From NCBI GenBank assembly GCA_963663165.1, contig OY760175.1, positions 6,144,001 to 6,208,000 of the forward strand: DNA of 64,000 bases. The letters run 5' to 3'. A model generated the notes under the pieces. The model was given only the letters and a program-made list of their open reading frames with translations, searched no databases and was not told the origin of the DNA. Source of the DNA: an uncultured Desulfospira sp. GTDB lineage: Bacteria > Desulfobacterota > Desulfobacteria > Desulfobacterales > Desulfobacteraceae. Both the position numbers and the translations under genes were made by a program. Shown here piece by piece: positions 18,306-26,670 of this stretch (its first letter is position 1; each line of letters starts with the position of its first letter).

Positions 18306-19505
18306 ATGGAGTGGGTAAAAAAAGAAGACACCTATAAAGTGCCCATCAAATCCTGGTGCCGGGACCTTGAAGGCAAGGCTTTGAGCCAGGCCGAGGATCT
18401 GGCCCGGCACCCGGTAATGTTCCATCATGTAGCCCTGATGCCGGACTGCCATATGGGGTACGGTATGCCCATCGGAGGGGTGATCGCTGCAAAGGATGCG
18501 GTGATTCCCAATGCCGTGGGCGTTGATATCGGATGCGGGATGGGATCTATGAAAACAAGCCTCCAGGTTTCTGAAATCAGCAGGGAAACCATCCGTCAGA
18601 TTGTCGAACAGGTAAAGAAACGGGTTCCCTGCGGCGAGGGAAAATCCCATAAAGATGGGCAGACATGGGAAGGACTGGAGGATATAGACGCCTATGAAAA
18701 AAGAGGCTGGTTTTCATCCCATGTCAGAAACCTGGCCTTGAAGAACTTGGGAACCCTTGGCGGCGGAAACCATTTTATTGAAATCCAGGCCGGGGATGAT
18801 GGCCATGTCTGGCTGATGATCCATTCGGGATCACGGCATCTTGGCAATGTCATTGCCCGTTACTATAACGATAGGGCGGTGGGCATAAACCAGAAATGGT
18901 TGGCCGGCACCCCTAAGGATCTGGCATTCCTGCCCACGGACACGCCTGAAGGACAGGCCTATATCAAAGATATGAACTTTGCCCTCGCCTATGCCCGGGA
19001 AAACCGGAAGCGAATCATGGCCGGGTTTATGGCGGCTTTTTCCCAGGTGTTTCCGGACACCCGGTTTTCAGATGAGGTCAATATCCATCACAATTATGCC
19101 TGCCTTGAAACCCATTTCAACACGAAGGTCTGGGTTCACCGGAAGGGGGCCACCTCTGCCCAGAAAGGGGAAATCGGCATCATCCCCGGCTCCATGGGCG
19201 CCCCGTCCTACCGGGTGGAAGGTCTGGGAAACCCGGAATCCTTTATGTCCTGCTCCCATGGTGCCGGACGGGTCATGGGAAGGATGCAGGCCACCCGCAG
19301 CCTTACCCCCGAAGCGTGTGACCGGGCCATGCAGGGCATTGTCTATGACCGGTGGAACAAGGTTAGGAAAGGGAAAACAAAAGGGATGCCGGATCTTGGT
19401 GAAGCCCCCCAGGCTTATAAAAATATTGAAGATGTCATTGAGGCCCAGCGCGATCTGGTCACACCCCTTCAAAGATTTCGCCCTTTAGGCGTTGTTAAAG
19501 GATAG
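18306..19505 (+). CDS. rtcB: RNA 2',3'-cyclic phosphate/3'-phosphate--5'-OH ligase
   Basis: MPDCH, VGVDIGCG, GTLGGGNHF, HSGSR, HRKGAT and CSHGAGR motifs. Confidence 0.97.
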   Translation: MEWVKKEDTYKVPIKSWCRDLEGKALSQAEDLARHPVMFHHVALMPDCHMGYGMPIGGVIAAKDAVIPNAVGVDIGCGMGSMKTSLQVSEISRETIRQIVEQVKKRVPCGEGKSHKDGQTWEGLEDIDAYEKRGWFSSHVRNLALKNLGTLGGGNHFIEIQAGDDGHVWLMIHSGSRHLGNVIARYYNDRAVGINQKWLAGTPKDLAFLPTDTPEGQAYIKDMNFALAYARENRKRIMAGFMAAFSQVFPDTRFSDEVNIHHNYACLETHFNTKVWVHRKGATSAQKGEIGIIPGSMGAPSYRVEGLGNPESFMSCSHGAGRVMGRMQATRSLTPEACDRAMQGIVYDRWNKVRKGKTKGMPDLGEAPQAYKNIEDVIEAQRDLVTPLQRFRPLGVVKG

Positions 19506-19588
19506 GCGGAAGACAGGCGGGTGCACAGCGCGGCAAAGCCGCAACCAAAATATGTGTTCCTTGCCGGGAAATTTAATGTAAAAAAAGG

Positions 19589-19662
19589 GTAACTATTCAG
19601 CTAATGCTGAAAACTAAGCAAAACCAGGGTCTGTAACTGTTCATCAGTCCTTCATATTTGTT
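19589..19662. mobile_element. MITE family A, truncated copy (left half only)
   Basis: GTAACTATTCAGCTAATGCTGAAAACTAAGC...TTCATATTTGTT, then runs into a family E hairpin. Confidence 0.8.
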
Positions 19663-19667
19663 TTTTA

Positions 19668-19719
19668 TAACGGCCACGGGCCGCCTTGGTTGGATAACCA
19701 AGGCGGCCCGTGGCCGTTA
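19668..19719. repeat. Perfect 24-bp hairpin (family E end module); probable bidirectional terminator between rtcB and the glycosyltransferase
   Basis: TAACGGCCACGGGCCGCCTTGGTT-GGAT-AACCAAGGCGGCCCGTGGCCGTTA; degenerate copy at about 3737-3771. Confidence 0.8.
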
Positions 19720-19766
19720 GTGGAGAGCAAGGGCATTATTTTTAAATCCGGTTATCCTGAGCTTAT

Positions 19767-20933
19767 TCAATCCGGATATCGGATAAACTGTTTTTCCAGC
19801 TTTACCTGGTGCAGACGGTAGATACGGGAGATGTCCCGGCCCATGGCGTCAATGGTGTGGTGTTTCTTGACATTTTCCCGGGCCGTTTTGACCCGTTCCA
19901 GAGTGGCGGCCTCATCATTAAGGGTGCTGATGATCATGCCGCACAGACCGTTCACATCCCCTGCCTCAAAGAGCAGGCCGGTTTCATCCGGGATGATGAT
20001 ATCGGTGATCCCCTGGGTTCGGGACCCGATGACCGGGCAGGCGGCGTACATGGCCTCAAGAAGGGCCTGGGGGATGCCTTCAAAAACAATGCTGTCGTGG
20101 TCCCTGGAAGCCAGGATGTGACAGTCCAGGGCCGGGTAAAAGGGCCAGATATCTTCTTTGAACCCCAGAAAATGGACCCTGCCGTCTATGCCCAGGTCCC
20201 GGGAAAGCCCAGAAAGGTGTTCTTGAAAGGCCGGCTCCCCTTTACCGGCAATGGCCAGGTGGTGGGGAATGTGGGGCATTGCTTTGGCAAAGCCCTTTAA
20301 CAGGATATCCACGCCCTTGTTCTGGCTGACCTTGCCGGCAAATCCCATGAACCGGGTGGACAAGTCAAGTCCAAGTTCATTGGCAAGGGTTTGCCTGGCC
20401 TCTTCTTTGGGGGGAAGATAGGTCGGTTCAATGATCCCCGAAGGAATGGAAAATATTTCCATGTCTGAGAGTTTGAACACTTTTTGAAGGTGGTGCCGGG
20501 TATAATCTGCCGTGGTAAAGGTATAGTGGCTTAATTTTTTGTGAAGCCGGCGGTTGTGCCAGGAATTTCTGACATGGGCACTGATGTGCCGGGACAGGAT
20601 TCTTAAGGGGATGTTGGTTTTTCTGCCGGCGGCCAGGGCAATCTTTGAATCGGCATCTCCATGGGTATTGAGGATTTGAGGCTGCTCGTTTTCAAAAATG
20701 CGGATCAGGCTTTTGTAATTGGCGATGGCGGCAAGCCGCCGGAAGGTCATGGGGTAGAGCCGGAATCCGAATCCTTTTGCCCGTTTAAACAACGGGGTGC
20801 CTTCCGGGGCAACAATGATCATCTGATGGCCTTTATCCGCCATCCACAAGGATTCGTTCAAAATTCGTTTTTCAAGCTGTCCCCACCCGGTATGGCAGGT
20901 GGTATGGATGATTTTATACAAAGATGATTTCAT
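19767..20933 (-). CDS. Glycosyltransferase family 4 (GT-B)
   Basis: [15 protein letters not shown] and [11 protein letters not shown] (E-x7-E) motifs. Confidence 0.9.
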   Translation of the reverse strand: MKSSLYKIIHTTCHTGWGQLEKRILNESLWMADKGHQMIIVAPEGTPLFKRAKGFGFRLYPMTFRRLAAIANYKSLIRIFENEQPQILNTHGDADSKIALAAGRKTNIPLRILSRHISAHVRNSWHNRRLHKKLSHYTFTTADYTRHHLQKVFKLSDMEIFSIPSGIIEPTYLPPKEEARQTLANELGLDLSTRFMGFAGKVSQNKGVDILLKGFAKAMPHIPHHLAIAGKGEPAFQEHLSGLSRDLGIDGRVHFLGFKEDIWPFYPALDCHILASRDHDSIVFEGIPQALLEAMYAACPVIGSRTQGITDIIIPDETGLLFEAGDVNGLCGMIISTLNDEAATLERVKTARENVKKHHTIDAMGRDISRIYRLHQVKLEKQFIRYPD

Positions 20934-21130
20934 GGGATCAGGTTGTGTTTGATTTTATCTTCAATCCGTTTGATGTCTTCGGGCCCAAGGCCTGAGATAT
21001 CAGCGATAGCTGTAGAGCGCAGGGCCTGTTTATACACCCTCTGGATCATGGGTTTCCCGGCGTTCATGGCCAGCGGCTTGCCTTCAAGGCGGCTGGCCCC
21101 GTAACGGGATGGGATAGCGGCGGTGATCAT
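20930..21130 (-). pseudogene. kdsB: CMP-Kdo synthetase remnant with internal deletion
   Basis: [16 protein letters not shown]...[10 protein letters not shown]-terminal signature joined to a PEDIKRIE C-terminal-like tail in only 66 aa. Confidence 0.8.
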
Positions 21131-21207
21131 CTGAAAAGAACCCCGGTTTCCAGTACCTCCTGGACCTGTTGTCTTTCTTCGTCTCCAAAAATTTCAAACC
21201 CGGGCAT
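21127..21207 (-). pseudogene. kdnA: N-terminal 26-aa remnant of a KdnA-like DegT/DnrJ aminotransferase
   Basis: Not in the ORF track. AAGGAG RBS, then [26 protein letters not shown], resembling the KdnA (Kdo8N transaminase) N-terminus as I recall it. Confidence 0.7.
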
Positions 21208-21625
21208 GCTCTCTCCTTTTAATTTCTTAACGTGTTAAAAATTAAAGTGGATATAGATATCATACCACTGGGAAAAGTTGCAAGTAAGGTTTTTGATTTA
21301 TGGTTTTGTACAGACCGCCTCCCCCCTCGCGGCTTGTAATTCATATCAGCCTTCCTAACGTTCAGTAAAAACAAATCATTGCCTTTACCGGCAGGGGCAA
21401 ATGGGATGCCTTTGAAAAGCATGGGGATGAATCGGGCGAGCCCTTGACTAGGCCGGAAAAGCTTCCTATAAGTTCTTCCATAAACAGCTTGGTTTTGTGT
21501 TTTGAAAAAAAATTTTTATCAATACGCCGGAGAAGCCTTTTATTTTATCTGTGATACGGGGGTTACGGAAATTAAGTTCAAATTAAAAAAGCCGGGTGAG
21601 GAGTTTCCGGCAGGGGGATTTTTTT

Positions 21626-24406
21626 ATGGCTGATGGTTGTGCCGGTTGCCGGGCATTGGAAGCCAGGATCCGGGAGCTGGAAAAAGAAAATGAATATTTG
21701 CAGCTGTTTAAATCCGGGATGGACAATATTTCGTCTTCCCGGTTTGCTGTTTTGAGCCGGGATCATCGTTTTGAGGCCGTCAGCCGGGGATACCTTGATG
21801 CCTATCATCGAAAATCTGAAGAGATAATCGGAAAGAAGGCAGCCGAGGTGCTGGATGCGCAGGCGTTTCACACTGTGGCTGAACCCTGTTTCGCAAAGGC
21901 TCTGGAAGGGCGGGTTGTTCACCATACCACCTGGGCTAAAATGCCTGATGCCCAGGAGCGGTTTCTGGAGTTGCATTATTTCCCAATTGCAGATCAGGGC
22001 ATCATTTACCGGGTGGCCATTCTGGTCCATGACCTGACACAGGCCAGTGGAATCCGGGGGGCGTCTGTCGAATCAACGGCCAATTTCCCCAAAGCCCGGC
22101 GGATGATGATTCCGCATATAGGCAATTGGACCTGGGATATCAAGGATGACCGGCTTTGGGGGTCAAATGAATTTTTTCGTATCCTGGGGGTTGACCATAA
22201 AGGCCTTGTCCTGAATCATGGGGGATATTCTCAGTTCATCCATCCCCAGGACCGTAATGCCTACCGCGACATGATAGTGAAAGTGATAAAAACGGGCCTG
22301 GCGTATACCCGGAAATACCGGATCATCCGGCCTGACAGGGAAATCCGTACAGTGATAGAGCAGGGCAAAGTTATCGGCGATGCCGGCGGGGCCCCGGCGA
22401 GACTGTTTGCCACCATTCAGGATGTCACGGGGCGATCCGTCCAGGCCGGAAAACAATACCAGACCATCATCCAGACCGCCATTGACGGATTTGTCATGCT
22501 GGATGAACAGGGGCGGCTGATGGATGTCAATGAGGCCTATTGCCGGATGGTGGGGTATACCAGGGAAGAGTTGCTGCACATGAACGTGTCGGATCTGGAT
22601 ATCAAGGATATTCGCCTCGGGGAAATGGTGCAATTTTTTCGGTCTGTGGCCCAAACCGGCAGCCATTATCTGGAAACCCGGCACCGGCATAAAACCGGAC
22701 GCCTGGTGGATGTGCAAATCAGCCTTCAGTGCTCGGATGCGCGAAACGGGATGTTTTTCAGTTTTGTTCAGGACATTACGGAAAAAAAACAGATCCGGGA
22801 AGCGCTGAAAAATAGTGAGGCCAAATACCATGACCTGTTTGAAAGCGCCCCCGTGATGTATGTGGTGCTTGAAAAACAACAGGACGATGCCGTACTCAAG
22901 GACTGCAACCGCCTGTTTCTGGAGACCCTGGGATATCCCCGCACAGAGGTGATCGACCGGTTCATCGGGGATTTTTATACCCCTGATTCCCTGATGAAAA
23001 TGAGGGGTGATAAGAATTTCAAGCAGATCAGGGAAAATACGTTTTCCGTTGCAGAACGGGAACTGGTTTGCCGCAGCGGGGAGATTATCCATACTCTGTT
23101 GCAGGCCAAACCCGATTTGGATGACCATGGAAAACTCATTGGCATCCGGTGCATGTACACCAATATCAGCGCCCAGAAAAAGGCTCAGGAACAACTCAAG
23201 GAGAGCAACCACCTGTTGATAATGATTCTGGACGGCATCGGCGAGCCCCTGATTATATTAGACCGGAACATGGGGGTACTGATGATGAACCGGGCGGCTG
23301 AGATTTGCACAGAAAAAGCCGGCAGCCAATGCCTGGGCCAGAAATGTCATCAGATTTTCAAGTCAGCGCCACAGCCTTGCACGGGCTGTGGCGTGGAACA
23401 AGTCCTTGGGTCCGGCGAAAAAGCACAATACGAGCGGGCCGGACTCATGAATCCGGACGTTTTGGAACGGGTTACTGTTTATCCGATTGTGGAAAAAGGC
23501 CATCAGGCATGGGCCGCCATTGTCCGGGTTTCCGACATCACCCTGGAGCGGCAGATGGAAAAGGAACTGATTCAGGCCGACAAAATGATTTCCCTTGGCA
23601 TCCTGGTTTCCGGTGTGGCCCATGAGATCAATAACCCCAATCATCTGATCATGTCCAACACGCCTTTATTAATTGAGGCCTGGAAAAGCATTGTACCAAT
23701 GCTGGACCGGTATTGCCGGGAGAATGGCGATTTCAGCCTGGCCGGGCTTCCCTACAGCCGGATGAGCGAAGAAATTCCCCAATTGTTTGAGGGAATCCTC
23801 AAGGGATCCGCCCGTATTCATCGGATCGTCAGAGATCTAAAGGATTACGCCAGAAAAGAAGATGTGGATATGGACCAGGCTGTGGACCTTAACCATGTGG
23901 TCAAAAATGCCGTGCGCATGACCCGGAACCTGATTCATGAAAGGACGGACCATTTCAGTCTGGCCTATGGCCGCAGCATGCCGCAGATTCGGGGCAACCG
24001 GCAGAAACTGGAACAGGTGGTCATCAACCTGATCCAGAACGCCTGCCAGGCGATTTCAGAAAGAGGCCAGGGCCTGGAAATCACCACATTCCCGGAGCCG
24101 GATCTCAATTGCCTTTGCGTGCGGGTCAAGGACCAGGGCGATGGAATACCGGAAAGTCTGATGGAACGGATAATGGATCCCTTTTTTACTACCCGGCGGG
24201 GGCAGGGCGGGACCGGCCTGGGGCTTGCCGTCTGTCTGAACATTGTCACAACCCACGGGGGGAAAATTGAGGTGGCCAGCAAACCGGGTCAGGGATCAGT
24301 ATTCACGGTTAATTTACCCTTGACTGCATCGCCGAAGGATTGCCTTTGTATCCGCCGGGTGCCCGGGGAATGGGCTGGGTTCGGTTTCCCGGGGACAGTT
24401 CCATGA
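21626..24406 (+). CDS. Cytoplasmic multi-PAS sensor histidine kinase (NtrB-like)
   Basis: Several PAS/PAC repeats; GVAHEINNP H-box, NLIQNA, DQGDG and GTGLGL boxes; likely start ATG 21626. Confidence 0.92.
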   Translation: MADGCAGCRALEARIRELEKENEYLQLFKSGMDNISSSRFAVLSRDHRFEAVSRGYLDAYHRKSEEIIGKKAAEVLDAQAFHTVAEPCFAKALEGRVVHHTTWAKMPDAQERFLELHYFPIADQGIIYRVAILVHDLTQASGIRGASVESTANFPKARRMMIPHIGNWTWDIKDDRLWGSNEFFRILGVDHKGLVLNHGGYSQFIHPQDRNAYRDMIVKVIKTGLAYTRKYRIIRPDREIRTVIEQGKVIGDAGGAPARLFATIQDVTGRSVQAGKQYQTIIQTAIDGFVMLDEQGRLMDVNEAYCRMVGYTREELLHMNVSDLDIKDIRLGEMVQFFRSVAQTGSHYLETRHRHKTGRLVDVQISLQCSDARNGMFFSFVQDITEKKQIREALKNSEAKYHDLFESAPVMYVVLEKQQDDAVLKDCNRLFLETLGYPRTEVIDRFIGDFYTPDSLMKMRGDKNFKQIRENTFSVAERELVCRSGEIIHTLLQAKPDLDDHGKLIGIRCMYTNISAQKKAQEQLKESNHLLIMILDGIGEPLIILDRNMGVLMMNRAAEICTEKAGSQCLGQKCHQIFKSAPQPCTGCGVEQVLGSGEKAQYERAGLMNPDVLERVTVYPIVEKGHQAWAAIVRVSDITLERQMEKELIQADKMISLGILVSGVAHEINNPNHLIMSNTPLLIEAWKSIVPMLDRYCRENGDFSLAGLPYSRMSEEIPQLFEGILKGSARIHRIVRDLKDYARKEDVDMDQAVDLNHVVKNAVRMTRNLIHERTDHFSLAYGRSMPQIRGNRQKLEQVVINLIQNACQAISERGQGLEITTFPEPDLNCLCVRVKDQGDGIPESLMERIMDPFFTTRRGQGGTGLGLAVCLNIVTTHGGKIEVASKPGQGSVFTVNLPLTASPKDCLCIRRVPGEWAGFGFPGTVP

Positions 24407-25818
24407 TACCCTCGTCATTTTTCCCCCAACATCCGGTGCTGCTGGTGGATGACGATCCTGATACCCTCAAGGGATTTGAAATGATTCTGGAAAAGGCGGG
24501 GATCAACAATCTCATCCTGTGCCAAGACTCCCAAACCGTCATGCCTGTGTTGAAGGAACACCGGATTGAGGTGGTTCTTCTTGATCTGATCATGCCCAAG
24601 ATTTCAGGTGAAGACCTCCTGGCCATGATTGCGGATAATGATCCCGGCCTTCCGATTATTGTCATTACCGGAGATACCGATGTGCAACTCGCGGTAAGGT
24701 GTATGAAAAAAGGGACGTTTGACTATATGATCAAACCGGTGGAGCCGAGCCGGCTGGTCTCGGGGGTTAAGCGGGCCATTGAAATCCGAAGGCTGCAAAA
24801 AGAAAACCGGGAGCTCAAAGAGCATATCCTGTCCGGCCAGCTGAAGAATCCGGAGGCATTCCGGGAAATCAACACCCGAAACCGCGCCATGATTGGCCTG
24901 TTCCAGTATGCCGAGTCCATTGCCGCAAGCCTTCAACCCGTTCTGATCACCGGAGAAACCGGTGCGGGAAAGGAGTTGATCGCCAGGGCCGTCCACCAAC
25001 TGAGCCGCCGTAAAGGGCGCCTGGTAGCGGTCAATGCCGCCGGGATTGACGACAATACGTTTTCAGATACATTGTTCGGCCATATCAGCGGTGCGTTCAC
25101 CGGTGCGGAAAAACAGCGGCTGGGAATGGTGGAGCATGCCGCCGGCGGAACTTTGTTTCTGGACGAAATCGGCGATTTGAGCCCCGGATCTCAGGTTAAA
25201 CTGCTGCGGCTCCTTCAGGAGCGCGAATACTTCCCTTTAGGCGCGGATTTGCCCAAGATCGCAGATATCAGGATTATCGTGGTGACCAATAAAGACCTGG
25301 CGGCATTGCAGGAAACGGGGAAATTTCGCAAAGATCTTTACTACCGGCTCTGCGTTCACCATCTGGAGGTCCCGCCCCTGCGCGAACGGCTTGATGATCT
25401 GCCGCTGTTATCGCATTTTTTCCTTGAGGCTGCCGCCCGTGAAATGGGGAAGAAGAAACCGGCCCCGCCGCCGGAGCTGTTCCAGCTGCTGGCCAACTAT
25501 TCTTTTCCGGGAAACGTGCGGGAACTCAAATCCATGATTTATGATGCTGTAGCAGACCATAAATCCGGGGTCGTGTCCCTTGAACGGTTCAAAACCCACA
25601 TTAGCCAATCTGTGCCCCCCCCTGTTCCTTTATCCGGCTCTTTGCCCAAAGAAGGATACTATTGCCAGCACAATCCCCTGCCGACATTGAAAGCGGCCGT
25701 CCACTCCCTTGCCGTTGAAGCCATGAGACGGTCCGGCAACAATAAATCAATGGCAGCCCGCTTCCTGGGGATATCCCGACAGCGGCTGGGACGGTATCTA
25801 AAGGAACGCATTCCCTGA
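24403..25818 (+). CDS. Sigma-54-dependent response regulator (NtrC family)
   Basis: Receiver domain, GETGAGKE, GAFTGA, FLDEIG, PGNVREL and a Fis-type HTH; ATGA overlap with the kinase stop. Confidence 0.95.
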   Translation: MIPSSFFPQHPVLLVDDDPDTLKGFEMILEKAGINNLILCQDSQTVMPVLKEHRIEVVLLDLIMPKISGEDLLAMIADNDPGLPIIVITGDTDVQLAVRCMKKGTFDYMIKPVEPSRLVSGVKRAIEIRRLQKENRELKEHILSGQLKNPEAFREINTRNRAMIGLFQYAESIAASLQPVLITGETGAGKELIARAVHQLSRRKGRLVAVNAAGIDDNTFSDTLFGHISGAFTGAEKQRLGMVEHAAGGTLFLDEIGDLSPGSQVKLLRLLQEREYFPLGADLPKIADIRIIVVTNKDLAALQETGKFRKDLYYRLCVHHLEVPPLRERLDDLPLLSHFFLEAAAREMGKKKPAPPPELFQLLANYSFPGNVRELKSMIYDAVADHKSGVVSLERFKTHISQSVPPPVPLSGSLPKEGYYCQHNPLPTLKAAVHSLAVEAMRRSGNNKSMAARFLGISRQRLGRYLKERIP

Positions 25819-26040
25819 TCTTTTACTTTTCACCGGTTTCATGCCTGTACCGTTTTAACCCATTGGTTTATTTTGTAACAGACGGGGACTTTCCCTTTCC
25901 CATAGGATTTATCCGCCATGGGCCGTGATTTTATGTTACAGGATATGACACCCCTTTGATCTGAAGCCGGCACGCCAATTTTATATGAATTCGAAACAAT
26001 ATCAATAGGTTGCTTTTTGATTCGGCTGTTTCGCCGATTG

Positions 26041-26056
26041 TGGCATGTTTTTAGCA
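26041..26056 (+). promoter_or_regulatory. Candidate sigma-54 promoter
   Basis: TGGCATGTTTTTAGCA, GG-N10-GC. Confidence 0.55.
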
Positions 26057-26262
26057 ATATTTAGTAAATTATGGCGTTTTGGGGTGCCAGTTCAGCCCTG
26101 GCGGGGAACGGGTGGAAAACAACGCAGCAGAGGGGTGGCGTTGTGTTCAGGCATAAGATGGCTGCTATGGCGGCTGTTCCTTGGAACGGGAACAGGCTTG
26201 AGTGGTGTTAATCTTAAAAAATGGGCGAATGACAGTTTGAATTAAAAAAGAAAGGATGACCA

Positions 26263-26670
26263 TTGCTGGCGGATACCCGCTCCTTAATTAAAAAATTGAA
26301 AGATCCTGTTTTGGTAATTGATGATGATCCCGGGATTCTGTTTTTCTTAAAGTTTTCCCTGTCAAGGCATGGTTTTCGGGTAGACATTGCAGACAGCGGG
26401 GACAAAGGAATCGAAAAAATTCAGGGTAAGGCTTACGACGTTATCATAACCGGCATTCGGATGGAGCCGATTTCCGGGCAGCATATTGCCGCCTTTCTTC
26501 GGCACGTCCTCAAAAAAGACACTCCCATCATTGGCATATCCGAAACCCCATGGCCTATTGATCTTGATGAGTTTGATGCTGTCTTATACAAGCCTTTTTC
26601 GACCAAGGATATCATCAGGGTATTACAAGCGGTTGCGGATACTTTTTTAGTGAAAGGAAATTGTTATTGA
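26263..26670 (+). CDS. Single-domain receiver protein, atypical (phosphoacceptor Asp replaced by Gly)
   Basis: VLVIDDD and KPF present, but DVIITGIRM instead of DxIITDxxM; start uncertain. Confidence 0.75.
   Translation: MLADTRSLIKKLKDPVLVIDDDPGILFFLKFSLSRHGFRVDIADSGDKGIEKIQGKAYDVIITGIRMEPISGQHIAAFLRHVLKKDTPIIGISETPWPIDLDEFDAVLYKPFSTKDIIRVLQAVADTFLVKGNCY

Noticed and set aside
21380..21465. c-di-GMP-I (GEMM) riboswitch upstream of the PAS kinase
   Set aside because: GGCAAA and GAAA are present, but the GACGCAAA and GGTCTAA elements and the P2 stem are missing.
22163..23212. Long antisense ORFs (also 4573-5346, 37782-38516, 54655-55476, 57462-58472 and others)
   Set aside because: Shadow frames opposite well-supported genes in GC-rich DNA, with no motifs or RBS.
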